A DNA stretch of 64,000 nt, taken from Balanoglossus misakiensis. Its lineage: Eukaryota; Animalia; Hemichordata. This document shows positions 1 through 10,684 of the stretch, in pieces. The stretch covers positions 12,226,894-12,290,893 of the forward strand of contig CM082589.2 in assembly GCA_040954595.2 (NCBI GenBank). Reading direction: 5' to 3'. Made by a program: the position numbers and the translations under genes. Within the stretch, counting starts at the first letter, position 1. Every line of letters begins with the position of its first letter. Below the pieces are notes generated by a model. It saw only the letters and a list, made by a program, of their open reading frames with translations. It was not told the origin of the DNA and made no database searches.

Positions 1-168
1 AGACAGCCCCATTCCTTGTCCATCAAGTTATTATGCTGACACAGCCACAGAAGTATCCTGTACCCCTTGCGATCCAGGCTGTCAGTGTGCAGCAACATCA
101 CCCACTTGCCTGCACATCAAGAACCTACTCTCTGGGACCATCAACAACATGTACTCCCCTTCTACCAG
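1..168 (+). pseudogene. 3' part of Cys-rich (GCC2/GCC3-like) exon G5, frameshifted
   Basis: Reads PIPCPSSYYADTATEVSCTPCDPGCQC, then shifts frame to ACTSRTYSLGPSTTCTP; donor CAG|GTTTGT at 168/169. Confidence 0.75.
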
Positions 169-199
169 GTTTGTAGTCGTCTTAGTCGTAAAAACATAT

Positions 200-560
200 T
201 TAAGGTGTTGGGCACCTCGAAATAAAGGGTCGTCTGATCATGTTAAAATTAATACTGATGATACTATGACTTCTAAACATTTAATCTATGGAATAAAAAT
301 TGGGGGTCAACCATCTAGAGTTTTGAAAAAGCGCCCTTTATCTAGCACCTCTTTCAGATTTTGCCAGGCTCGTAGATTTTTGTAAAATGGCCTCAAAAAT
401 AAGAATTTTGGAAGGTTTGTCATATTTTTTCACCATTGTAGAATCTAAATGTTCTGAATTATTTTATTTTTAGCAATTTTGAGATTGCTTCATGTTCAGT
501 ATGATAATCGCATGTCAATACAACTGTTACATTAAAGGAAAAGTTCAAATCCGCCTAAAA
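200..560. mobile_element. Possible truncated TTAA-type (Kolobok-like) MITE ends
   Basis: TTAA|GGTGTTGGGCACCTCGAAA at 200 and TTAA|AGGAAAAGTTCA at 532 resemble RR-starting TIRs after a TTAA site. No matching right ends seen. Confidence 0.3.
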
Positions 561-988
561 CCACATTGCATTGGTACCTAGTTAAGTTGTCCTCACTTCT
601 GACGCAAAATTTTGATGTGCAATGCACGTGTCTGTGAAATTGACGAATAAAAAAATTGTATACCAGTGCAAAATTAAAAACTCCCTGTGCAGCCTTCTTG
701 GCAACTGCATGCTGGGAAAAGTACTCGGATGATGACGAAAAAGTTTCGGGGTTCCGGGTAGTGCTACCCCGGAATACAATGTTGGGTGCAGACTCCAACT
801 ATGGAAAAGAGATGCAGAATGTCATGTGATATAGTAGTGAAAACAAATACACGTTGGTTCACGTATTTCAGCTCTCAGCAATCAGGGTGCATTAAAAGGC
901 CTTGATTGGTGTGATATTCACAATTGATGATTATAAATACTTACAGTTGTATACTGTTTTATTTTGTAAATATTGTGTACATTTGCAG

Positions 989-1118
989 CAATGAATCCGT
1001 GCGAACACAAACCTTAACCCATGCCGGAATGCTGGTACTTGCCAAGCAATCCAGGGATCTTGTACAGGCGTCACATGTCTATGTGCTGGCTGCTACCTGG
1101 GCTTCACATGTGAAACAC
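989..1118 (+). pseudogene. EGF-like exon E1 (1-nt frameshift)
   Basis: TTTGCAG|...|GTGAGT, 130 nt; MNPC/NTNLNPCRNAGTCQAIQGSCTGVTCLCAGCYLGFTCET. Confidence 0.85.
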
Positions 1119-1348
1119 GTGAGTACAGTACTTTGTCATTTATTAAAAAATCTAAGTGCTGAGGTACATTGTAGTAATAATAGCAGGTGTAGTCATTATC
1201 ATCATCATCATCATCTTTAAGTCAGTCATATGATCGGTAATAAAAACAGTAAAATCACCAGTATAAAAACATAACAGAGAAATAATGAACGTGTACTGGT
1301 GTTACCATAGGTAACTGTTGTATAAAATTTTGAATTCCTGTCTTCCAG

Positions 1349-1471
1349 TTCCTAATCCATGCTTCACTAGTCCTTGTCTCAATGGAGGTACCTGCCAACA
1401 ACAGGCAAATTCTTGTACTGCCACCATTGGCATGTGCACAGAGTGTTACTAGGGAAACAGGTGTGAGACAA
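1349..1471 (+). pseudogene. EGF-like exon E2 (in-frame TAG at 1450-1452)
   Basis: TTCCAG|...|GTAAGT, 123 nt; PNPCFTSPCLNGGTCQQQANSCTATIGMCTECY*GNRCET. Confidence 0.88.
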
Positions 1472-1567
1472 GTAAGTTTGAATCTATAGCAGTTAATAAT
1501 GATAATTATCATTTTTTTTTATTATGATTTAAACTTCACTGATGTTGTACAAACACAAAAATAGAAA

Positions 1568-2032
1568 TAATAATAATAATAATAATAATTTATTTGTATA
1601 GCGTCAGTATCCACAAAAAATGTGATCAATGACGCTTAAAGCAAAAGTACAATACAACACAACAAATGGCTAAAAAACAGATTTAAAAAGTAAAGTTTTA
1701 ACATTTGATTTAAAAACAGATAAGTCTGGTGCCTGGCGAATGGTGAGTGGAAGATTATTCCAAAGAATTGGAGCAGCAACAGTAAAAGCACGATCACCAT
1801 AACTCTTGGTGCGTGATCGAACAGGGCAGAGTTTGAACTGATCAGCTGACCTCAAATTGCGACACGGAACATATAGATTAGTCATGCTAGAAAGATAGAT
1901 TGGACCAAGTTTATGAATGGATTTAAAAATGAGAACTAACATCTTAAAAACAATACGCTCTGTAACAGGTAGCCAGTGCAACTGATACAAAATTGGAGTG
2001 ATGTGACAGGTGATTTTTGAACGAGTAACAAT
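1568..2032 (-). mobile_element. 5'-truncated non-LTR retrotransposon (L2/Crack-like LINE 3' end) with (ATT)n tail
   Basis: Minus-strand HITPILYQLHWLPVTERIVFK...RNLRSAD...YGDRAFTVAAPILWNNLP is the typical post-RT C-terminus of L2-group ORF2. Short 3'UTR, AAT-repeat tail at ~1568-1590, candidate TSD TAGAAA at 1562-1567 and 2033-2038. Copies at ~14653-15112, 30085-30544, 44986-45450 and 59890-60220. Confidence 0.9.
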
Positions 2033-2256
2033 TAGAAAGGGACAGCAGCTTAGCTCTATTCCTTTTCCAAAGTGTTTGTTCTTTTAAACTACCTGTTTTT
2101 TATTTATTCTGATTATGCTAATATGCTAATTTGTCGGTTTGTCACATCACAATTTTTGTAGGAAACTCACCCCTGGGAATTTTTTTCAGCCACTGACATA
2201 CATTCATAATCACATGACATTGATGATCATGGAAAATTTGACCCTTTTCCTTGTAG

Positions 2257-2379
2257 GACTCAACCAGTGTCCACCAAATCCGTGCCAGAATGGTGGCTTC
2301 TGTCAACCGGCTCGAAATTCCTGCTTTGATCTCACCTGCATATGTACTGGTTGCTACAAAGGTGATAGGTGTGAGATAT
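2257..2379 (+). pseudogene. EGF-like exon E3 (open, all 8 Cys)
   Basis: TTGTAG|...|GTAAGT, 123 nt; LNQCPPNPCQNGGFCQPARNSCFDLTCICTGCYKGDRCEI. Confidence 0.9.
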
Positions 2380-3048
2380 GTAAGTATACAGCGCAGTCTC
2401 TTTTACCTTTTGTCTCTGATGCATTCAAATACTGCATGTTTCCTGAGCATAGGTGTAGCCATCACCACAGCAGAGCTTGGAGCGTTCTTGACATCGAATG
2501 CAAGATTACACTCTTCCCAATCAAAATCACTTTCGTAGCGCATAATGTCTTGATTGTCTTAGTTCAAGAAACATTATGCGCGACTGGCCAATTTTACAGC
2601 CTTTTGTCAACGCACATCCACTATGGAAATTCTCACTCCAGGCCAGATAGTGTAAATTTACATATGAGTCTACAGGTATGCTTGAAGTCAAGTCAAGCAT
2701 TTGCAAGGAACCCTCCTCCAGTACACAGGTCTTTGATTTCATGAAGGGAAGCCCTTGCCTCACAGTCACTGCCACATGATCTATGGAGGTGTGAACAACT
2801 TGATACCAGCCTAATATAAGTTGTAGGCACAATCACTCCACACACCCTTGCCATAATTCTGCAAGGTTTTTGCCATATATGTACTGTAGAATGAGTAGCA
2901 AGGAATAAAATGGCGTCCTTTCTTAATTTCCAGTGCAAAACCCCTGTGATCCCAACCCATGTATGAATGGTGGATTTTGCCAGCAAACATCGTGCAATTT
3001 CTATTCATGCCAGTGTGTGAACTCTTACACAGGTGACATCTGTCAAAC

Positions 3049-4166
3049 CATAGACCCTAGAGAAAGAAGGACGAGCAACTGCGGCAAAGATCAAAGGGTT
3101 TGGGGATTATCTGTATGATGATGTTCTTTTGCATATAATTAACACCCAGGACAGTTGGACAATGACTTCCTTACTTCGGCACGTGTCGACCCCACCAGTG
3201 ATGCGAAAACTTGCCACCAAACTGACACTCCTGCATTTCAGCAGCCACTGCGTTTTTTTCTAAAATTCTAAAAGTATTACGATGTCTGTGCTAATTATTA
3301 TGGTCGTCTGTCGGATGAACGGTCATTTCTAGTGCCACAAGCTTCATTTAAAAATTGTAAACAAATCATCCATGCCAAATTCCTGTTTAACTTGTGCAGA
3401 TGTGTTCCATAAATGATTGCTGCGTTCAACCACGTTGCAGTTTTCTCGTCTTCTGCGAGATGTTCTAAGGTGTTTGTGATAACTTCACGCAAAACGCGAG
3501 ACTTTGCGTTAGTTTATACACAGTTTATTTGCAAATTGGATTATTGGGATTTACCTGGAAATAATGTATGCAAAAGAACATCATTTCAAGAAAAAACTGG
3601 AGTTGCGCGTCCTTCTTGCATGTCCGACTGGGCACTCATATTTCTTGGTAACGCTGACACTTTTCGTAATAATTTTATGTTTGCGTGAAGCATTGAAACA
3701 AAAATTGTGGTTTAGGGGCATTTTATTTCGCAGTGCGTGAACAATAAAACAGATTTCACGAAAACAATTTATAAACAAACTGGCTGGATTTTCATGTGTG
3801 CGCTATTGCCGCCAGGCAACCCTCGGTACGGTTAGCTCACAGCCTTGTGAAATACCCGGACTGTTAGACAAAAGATGCTTGTTTTGGACGCTGTCAGACT
3901 CAGAGGTGCCAAATTCCTGTTTAACTTGTGCAGATGTGTTCCATAAATGATTGCTGCGTTCAACCACGTTGCAGTTTTCTCGTCTTCTGCGAGATGTTCT
4001 AAGGTGTTTGTGATAACTTCAGGCAAAACGCGAGACTTTGCGTTAGTTTATACACACTTTATTTGCAAATTGGATTATTGGGATTTACCTGGAAATAATG
4101 TATGCAAAAGAACATCATTTCAAGAAAAAACTGGAGTTGCGCGTCCTTCTTTCTCTAGGGTCCATG
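3049..4166. mobile_element. Non-autonomous DNA transposon (P-superfamily-like MITE), 32-bp TIRs, 7-bp TSD
   Basis: Left CATAGACCCTAGAGAAAGAAGGACGAGCAACT; right AGTTGCGCGTCCTTCTTTCTCTAGGGTCCATG (2 mismatches). TSD GTCAAAC at 3042-3048 and 4167-4173. Copies at 16129-17780, 31561-32678, 46467-47584 and 61229-62346. Superfamily inferred from CAT(A/G)G termini and TSD length. Confidence 0.9.
3373..4151. repeat. Internal 534-bp-period repeat of the MITE (A-B-A; A ~245 bp, B ~289 bp)
   Basis: TGCCAAATTCCTG...GCGTCCTTCTT at 3373-3617 and 3907-4151; arranged A-B-A-B-A in copy 2 (16453-17765). Confidence 0.95.
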
Positions 4167-4421
4167 GTCAAACAAGTGAGTATATACTTTCAAGACACCC
4201 TGCAAACAAACAAGCAATCTTTATTCCGTAGATCTTTAAGCATATTTATGCATTGTATATTTTGATGTGAAACTTCAAATTGTATTGGTCTTGTTGCCAA
4301 ACTTCTGAAGAAATGAGGATATTGTTTTGAAGGGTATTTTATCAGTAGATAACAAATACCATGGCCCTCCATGCAAATACCCACATGGTAAATTAAAACT
4401 GTTACAGGTGTATTTGATTTA

Positions 4422-4733
4422 AGCAATAAAACACCCCCAGCCATGGTATACCACGAGATTTTGACCAGTTCACGACATATACGCACGAGCGATAGCGAGT
4501 GCGTATATGGAGTTGAACTGGTCAAAATCGAGTGGTATACCATGGCTGGGGGTGTTTTATTGCTATTATATTATGCCAGTATATTGAAACTTTGCATAAA
4601 ACATTTTAAAAAGGCATTTTCTTTGACTATGATATATGACTGTGGTATATGGCTAATATATCCTGGTCACGTGTCGTGTCTCGACCAATCAAATAGCGTG
4701 ATTTACACCATCAATATACTGGTATAATATAAT
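4422..4733. mobile_element. Double-hairpin non-autonomous element (143-bp near-perfect palindrome plus adjacent 23-bp inverted repeat pair)
   Basis: AGCAATAAAACACCCCCAGCCATGGTATACCAC...GTGGTATACCATGGCTGGGGGTGTTTTATTGCT (4422-4564), then IR 4565-4587 / 4711-4733 with one mismatch. No TSD seen. Family uncertain, possibly tyrosine-recombinase/Crypton-type. Palindrome copies at 18036-18178, 32934-33076, 47840-47982 and 62602-62744. Confidence 0.7.
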
Positions 4734-4877
4734 TCCATCATTATGTTATTTTAAATGTAAAGGTTTGAAACAAGGAATGAAGACATTGCTCACATATTTA
4801 AACGAAATGAACATCACAAGTACATGTACAAGTTTTTGACAAGCAGGTAATTGATACTTTCATTTTTGTTTTGGCAG

Positions 4878-4997
4878 CCATTGATCAGTTATACCCTATG
4901 CCTTGTCAAAATGGTGGCACATGCGTTGCGTGAGACGGCTGTTTCCTGTTTGACTGTATGTGTACCGAATGCTTCACTGGTGCCACATGTACAATGC
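4878..4997 (+). pseudogene. EGF-like exon E8 (in-frame TGA at 4931-4933, first Cys lost)
   Basis: TGGCAG|...|GTAAGT, 120 nt; IDQLYPMPCQNGGTCVA*DGCFLFDCMCTECFTGATCTM. Confidence 0.85.
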
Positions 4998-5292
4998 GTA
5001 AGTACTAACCAATATTATTTTATTCAATGCAAAACACTTGTTATGTATTATATAATATAAGAACCGTACACATATTAAAGCCCTGGTAACTCAAACTTTG
5101 GGCTAGCTTAATGTTATCACTATTTTTGTTTTCGGTTGCAACTGTGGTTTCTTGTCACACTCTAAAGGATTTCACAGCATTTGGTTTTTCAAAACAGCCC
5201 TTTGGTTGTTGTCATGTATACATGTACATGACTGTGGAGTGTAGTTTGTAGATTCTGTAATTTTGACAATATCTTGACTGCACATCCCACAG

Positions 5293-5415
5293 CTGTCAAC
5301 CAGTGTCAACCCATCCAGTGTCGGAATGGTGGAAACTGTGTGCTGACGCCCAATTGGTGTACTGAATTCACATGCTCCTGTACAAGCTGTTACTCCGGCG
5401 ATTTATGTCAGACAT
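5293..5415 (+). pseudogene. EGF-like exon E9 (open, 8 Cys)
   Basis: CCACAG|...|GTGAGT, 123 nt; VNQCQPIQCRNGGNCVLTPNWCTEFTCSCTSCYSGDLCQT. Confidence 0.88.
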
Positions 5416-5799
5416 GTGAGTGATTTTAAATTTCAGATGAAGAGGAACATAATAACATAACACATAATCGGCTTGCAGTTGGTTTCTTCCAACCTGTATC
5501 AAACAGTGAATAACGACACAATTTTGGGGAAATTTATTAAGAATGTGTGTGCCATAAAAGGGGATTGTGTATTTGACCAAATAACAACCTGCACCGGATG
5601 GTACACTAAGACACTATTACACCTGTGTCAAAATTTCATTACGTTTCTTTTGTTGAACATGGAAGAAATTTGTCACAGTGATGTTCTGTTGACCAACTGA
5701 GATTTTTACCACTCAACCCTGACTGCACAAATCTGTTTAAAGTATATGTAGTAAATATTAACTGTACACAATTTATATCACTTTCTCTTCTGTGCACAG

Positions 5800-5916
5800 A
5801 TTTGAATCCGTGTCAGCCCAACCCTTGTCTAAACAGTGGATTCTGCCAGCAAGTGTCCTGCACCGAGTTCAGATGCCAGAGTCCACGCTGTTTCATCGGA
5901 ACCACGTGCGCTGAAC
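5800..5916 (+). pseudogene. EGF-like exon E10 (open, one Cys to Ser)
   Basis: GCACAG|...|GTAAGC, 117 nt; LNPCQPNPCLNSGFCQQVSCTEFRCQSPRCFIGTTCAE. Confidence 0.88.
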
Positions 5917-6140
5917 GTAAGCAAACCAGTGTCAGATTTCCCGCACAAAGTAGAAATCGCTGGGCTTTGTCATTGATATTGTCTCAATAAAGTTGCCTGT
6001 GATTGTGCAGCTAACCAAGAGACTTATATGCACTACGGTAGCCATGATGAATACTTTCATTGACTCAAATGCTCATCAGTGTAGATGTTGCTATTTTTCC
6101 AACCGTAAATTGAAACATCAGAAAGTTATGACATCAACTA

Positions 6141-6166
6141 CCCCCACCCCCACCCCACCCACCCCC
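6141..6166 (-). repeat. (CCCCCA)n tract; G-quadruplex-compatible on the minus strand
   Basis: CCCCCACCCCCACCCCACCCACCCCC; one more unit in copy 2 (~21565-21596). Confidence 0.7.
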
Positions 6167-6363
6167 AACTAGTAAATATTATAAGATTCAGTAATTATGG
6201 TAAAGATGGTAGCACCAAGCTTGGATCAAGTGGTCTTCATTATCCTTCACACATGAACATGATCACACGGATGTGCAATCTTCTGACAGTCTGCTACAGA
6301 TTTCACTTCCAACTCAAGTGTGTAAGACCCTAATGTGATACTTTTCATTTCTCTCACCCTTAG

Positions 6364-6486
6364 CGATCAACCAGTGTCTTCTAAACCCATGTCTGAATAA
6401 CGGAGTGTATCAGCCACTTCAAGGCTCCTGCTCAATCTACACCTGCAACTGTCCAACCTGCTACACTGGGCAAACATGTGTTACAT
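6364..6486 (+). pseudogene. EGF-like exon E11 (open, one Cys to Tyr)
   Basis: CCTTAG|...|GTAAGT, 123 nt; INQCLLNPCLNNGVYQPLQGSCSIYTCNCPTCYTGQTCVT. Confidence 0.88.
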
Positions 6487-6500
6487 GTAAGTCACAAGTT

Positions 6501-7780
6501 TTTAGGTCCCATTGGTATGTACCATGGGAACTTATGGGATTGGTTACGTCTGTATGTATGGATGGATGGATGGATGTATGTCTGTATGTCCGTCCACATG
6601 AAAAACTTGAAAACCGCAGCGCGTATGACCTCGACATTTGGCGTGTAGATGCAGGCAGGGCTGTAGATGGGAGTTTGTTCAAATGAAGATGTCATTGCCA
6701 AAAATATGCAATTTAGCTGGGAAAATGTGAAATTGGTCAAAACTCAAAAACTGGACAACCACTGGTCATATTGATTTGAAAAATGGTATGCATGTACCTT
6801 ATATCAACCTCATACAACCCTGTATGTTTTGAGCTAATATTATCGATTTCCTATTTTTTTTGCATTTTTTTGTATTTTTCCATGTTATTGGTAAAAGTCT
6901 TTGAAATTTAGTATGAAGCCTCCTAATGTTGTCTAAGTAACCATAGTTTTGTTCAAATTGTTGCAAAATTTGCATATCTATAATTTTGAGCATTATTTGC
7001 CATTTTTGGTCAAAAAATGTTTTTCTTTAAAACCTCATGCCAGATTGCTTTGCAATTTGGTAGGCATGTTCGTAGGGGTAACCTAAATAATATGTTGTAA
7101 AAAATGTGATATTTGCATAAATGTGTTATCGGGGAAACTTTTGCAATTTTTGTCAAAAATTGTTTTCACTGAAACCGCTTGTCCTATTGCATTGAACTTA
7201 GGCAGCATGTTCCTTGTAGTGATTGAAGTAAGATATTGTACAATTTTGGTGATATTTGCATATTTGTGTTTTTGCCACTTTTGAACAAATATTTTCTGTG
7301 AAACTGCTTGTTGGATTGCTTTGAAATTAGTTTTTTCTCTGATTGCTTTGAAATTTAGGATATAATTTCATAACACATACCTGTATATGTGCAACTTTTA
7401 TTCAATTCTGAGATCAGAAAGATTAAATATTTAGCGAGTTTTTTTGGTAAGTTTCTTTGTTTTTGGTTAGCAAATCTTCTCCTAAACAAATTGTCCAGTT
7501 GTTTTTAAAGTTACTATTTACAAGGAGTTGTTACCTCGAACAAAGACATGTTTACATAACTTAAATAGGCCAGCTGTTACAGAGACCACCAGCTATCACA
7601 TTTTAATTACCAGTGGCAGGTCAGTGTGTGTCTGTTCCAGGGCTGACTGAAAGAAGTTGCTTCGCATATGTGTTTGTGTACAGACAATTTTTGGTCAATT
7701 TTTTTTTCTAGCACCACTTGTAAGACTGCCATGACACATGACAGTTTATTGGGCATGTTCCTTGTTAATGTTTTTACATT
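6501..7780 (+). mobile_element. Helentron-associated non-autonomous element (HINE/DINE-1-like), 3' end not identified
   Basis: Starts in a T-run with TTTAGGTCCCATTGGTATGTACCATGGGAAC (hairpin), followed by a (TGTA/TGGA/TGTC)n microsatellite and degenerate ~130-140 bp repeats (GAAAC...GATTGCTTTGAAATT...GCATGTTC at ~7030, 7170, 7300). Right boundary approximate. Confidence 0.6.
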
Positions 7781-8424
7781 GCATATTTCTATATGGTCAG
7801 ATCATAAGTGCTTGCAAATGTCACCTGTAATTTTTATTCTGCTGTGTCACTGTTTCCGCATAATCCTCAAATGTCATCAGATCTCCGAATGTGATGAAAA
7901 CAGTGTGTTTTGAGTGGGTTTTTTAATGACCTTTTGGGTTAAAAGTGGCAAAAATGGCAATTTTGTCTTCAAAGGGGTCAATAAGACTGACTTTTTTGGA
8001 ATCAGCACCATTTTTTACATTGAATGGACTAGTCTGCTCAAACTTTCCTTACCAAAAATTCTGTTTAATCTTCTGTAACATGTATACTAGTGTACATGTA
8101 GCTGCCTGATAGTTTGCCCTGTGTGTGTAATTGCTGAGTGACATAACGCATTCTGTGATTGATGCAGTCACGTAACCACCAATCGAACGATTGTTATAAG
8201 GAGAACTGCACGACCTTTAACCGCATTAGCATACCTGATTTTTAGGGCTCGATATTACCTCTGAGGACGCAATATTTAAGTTGAAGTTTTTTTATTTTAT
8301 CATATTAGAGCAAGAAGACTTGTCTTTTATGTAAAAGAAATAGACCCTAATATACAGAGTGCATTTTGAAACGATAGGCAGTTCCGGCCCATAGCCTAAT
8401 TCTTCATTTTTCTGTCATGCGTAG

Positions 8425-8540
8425 GAATTGATTAGTGCTAACAACCCATGTCAAAATGGCAGCACTTGCCAACCCTAACCTCGTGTGTGGCATTGACGTG
8501 CACCTGCCAAGGATGCTTTACTGGGAACGCTGTGAAAATT
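8425..8540 (+). pseudogene. EGF-like exon E12 (stops and frameshifting deletions)
   Basis: GCGTAG|...|GTCAGT, 116 nt; fragments NNPCQNGSTCQP* and SCVALTCTCQGCFTG lie in different frames. Confidence 0.8.
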
Positions 8541-9049
8541 GTCAGTCAGTTTCTTTTGTCAAATTAATCAATATGAGTGGGACTGCTATACATGTATATA
8601 AAACAGAATACTGCGATGGAAAATTCTATAACTTAATGTTTCAGTGGATATATGACTTAAAGTTAGCAGTATGCAGTGAATTCAACAGAAAGTGTAATTT
8701 CCTCTTGTGTGAGCTCTGTGCGACTGTGCCAATGAAAATCTCACCACAAACAAAAATGACAGGTATACACTGTATATTAGCAGCTTTGTCTCTGTAATAG
8801 CCATAGTGTTTTGAAGTTGAAAACTTGCAAAGTGTGCAGTTTTATTCACACTACAAAGGAAACATTGTTGAAACGGATTATCTGTGTACATTGTCAAACT
8901 GTACACTTGTCGCGAGATTTATTCTCAATTATATTACTAGTATATCATGCTACCGTCCGCAACTCTGATTGGACGAGAGCTAAATCCAGCGATGCTAAAA
9001 TACTCAATAATGCACTGCTGGCAGTGGTAAAACGGGCTTTCTGTTTGCC

Positions 9050-9364
9050 ACATGGGTTTGTTCTTTAGGTTGTTGTATGTGTTTACACCCATCATGTTTA
9101 TTGTAGAACCAGGGTCGATCAGTGAGGCAACTGCTGTTTGTTCTATCTGCACTGTTACTCGAGGCCTCCTGCCATTTGATTGTTGTACAGTGAAGCAGTA
9201 TTCATCTCCCGAGCTGTCTTCCACTTTATGCACAGCTTTGACAGTTTTATCCTTGTCTACCCTATTTGCCTTGCCTTTTGAATGGTAGCATTTGGCTAAA
9301 TGGTTAGGTTTGCCACACTTCCTGCATGACTTGCCTTTAGCTGGACATACTGAGTCATGTGGTA
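9050..9364 (-). mobile_element. Ty3/Gypsy LTR-retrotransposon gag zinc-knuckle / aspartic protease fragment
   Basis: CPAKGKSCRKCGKPNHLAKC (degenerate CCHC knuckle), then VTVQIEQTAVASLIDPGSTINMM (D[TS]G active site altered to DPG). Copies at ~24482-24796, 39371-39685 and 54279-54593. Confidence 0.85.
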
Positions 9365-9554
9365 CCATTATTAAAATAGGGGCCAGTCATCAAAACGTAA
9401 GTGAGCCAAAAAACTACAGGTCAGATAAATTGTTTTCTCGTAAATTCAACATTAGAATCAAATTTGGCGTTGGAAACAAACGGCGGGTCGCCAGTTCCTG
9501 GTCTGGAGGCTGGTAGAGTCACGTCTTGAAGACTGGCCCCTATTTTAATAATGG
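9365..9554. mobile_element. 190-bp MITE with 24-bp perfect TIRs
   Basis: CCATTATTAAAATAGGGGCCAGTC ... GACTGGCCCCTATTTTAATAATGG, with imperfect pairing ~10 bp further in. No clear TSD. Copies at 24797-24986, 39686-39875 and 54594-54783. Confidence 0.8.
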
Positions 9555-9811
9555 CATTGTCATGACCGGCCAACCTTTGACCTCGGAGACCACAATGTAG
9601 AGCTATCGATCAGCTTTTCGCGTTTCAATCAAACATTGCAATCACGGGCTAAAATCACTAACTAGTTGATACCTTTTTCGGTGTTTCATCTAACCTTTGA
9701 AAGGAGTATAATAAAAATGAAATGACCGCACGTAATGTGCATTTCTTGTTCACGTGTGGGGACTATATGTGTGCGTAATGATCCAAATGCAAGGGGTCGT
9801 GTGAACAGGCC

Positions 9812-10306
9812 TTAAATAATGAGTTTGCGTTAAATAATGAGTTTGCGTTAAATAATAAGTTGACAAACGGCGCGAGTGCATTTTTTCATGGTTTAGAAAT
9901 CACTTATTTATATATAATTCATTATATAATGTAAATCACTCATGATATATATATAATAGACTTGCACTTAAATTATTTATAAATCACTCATGATATATAT
10001 ATAATACACTTAAATTTTTTTTATTTATAAATAATTAATTATATATAAATAATTATGTACATCACTCATGATATATATATAATAGACTGACACTGACATT
10101 GTTTATAAATAATTTATTATATATAAATAAAAGAGCATAAAATACATTTTATGTATATAATTGAATCGACTTGAAATTATTTATAAATAAATTGTCAGGA
10201 CTTAAATGGTTTGCAAATCTATAATTACATACATATAAGTATGTTAAATAACGACTTTTGAACAAATAATTTAGCTAAATAATAAGTTAACACATGGCAC
10301 CCCATA
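9812..10306. repeat. Very AT-rich tract with short internal repeats
   Basis: TTAAATAATGAGTTTGCG x2.5 (9812-9858) and ATCACTCATGATATATATATAATA x3 (~9935, 9983, 10061); probably a remnant of a non-autonomous element. Confidence 0.75.
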
Positions 10307-10684
10307 CAAACATTACGTCCAGTCCAAATATTCTGCCAATTTTACATCCAATGCATTCAAATAGTGGACTGCTTCGCTTTCATCCAGTTTTCATGTGCAT
10401 TGTATAAGTAGACTTTTGTTTTGTCCCGTCTTTTCACCGAATTTGCTCTTTTCCAAATCTCCGACACAGACTATGATCGTCACATTCTTGTCTGTTGTTA
10501 GAACAGCACACTGCCATATGGCATTGACTGTATACAGTTTCTGTTACCAATATCTCTGGTTTGGCATTTTCCTGTCCTCAATCTTTTGCCAGGGATTTTT
10601 GTGTCCCCAACCCGCGTGAGAATCCCACGTCTTTGAAGGTATGACTGTGACTATAAGATTCTATAAATCTCTGTTTATTTTCAG

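Larger units (their letters stand above)
2934..4175 (+). pseudogene. EGF-like exon E4, interrupted near its 3' end by a MITE
   Basis: 2934-3048 reads QNPCDPNPCMNGGFCQQTSCNFYSCQCVNSYTGDICQT. The last 2 nt and donor (AA|GTGAGT) are displaced to 4174-4181. Removing the MITE plus one TSD restores a 117-nt exon. Confidence 0.88.

Noticed and set aside
752-774. GC-rich hairpin TTCCGGGTAG-TG-CTACCCCGGAA as a Helitron 3' end or terminator
   Set aside because: No CTRR terminus at the expected distance on either strand, and the DNA is eukaryotic.
2139-2744. 201-aa ORF as a stand-alone gene
   Set aside because: Only 2257-2379 is EGF-like and it is bounded by AG/GT; the rest is intron read-through, and the start is TTG.
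3373-4151. Repeat-spacer-repeat as a CRISPR array or LTR pair
   Set aside because: The repeats are ~245 bp with identical spacers, lack TG...CA ends, PBS or PPT, and lie inside a TIR element.
989-8540. Naming the EGF gene (Notch, fibropellin, crumbs, etc.)
   Set aside because: No diagnostic flanking domains or calcium-binding consensus, and the 8-Cys pattern does not match those proteins, so no symbol is assigned.
10593-10638. Extra small Cys-containing exon (GFLCP...)
   Set aside because: Frame unclear, and the following intron would be only 46 nt. It may be a remnant, but I cannot support it.
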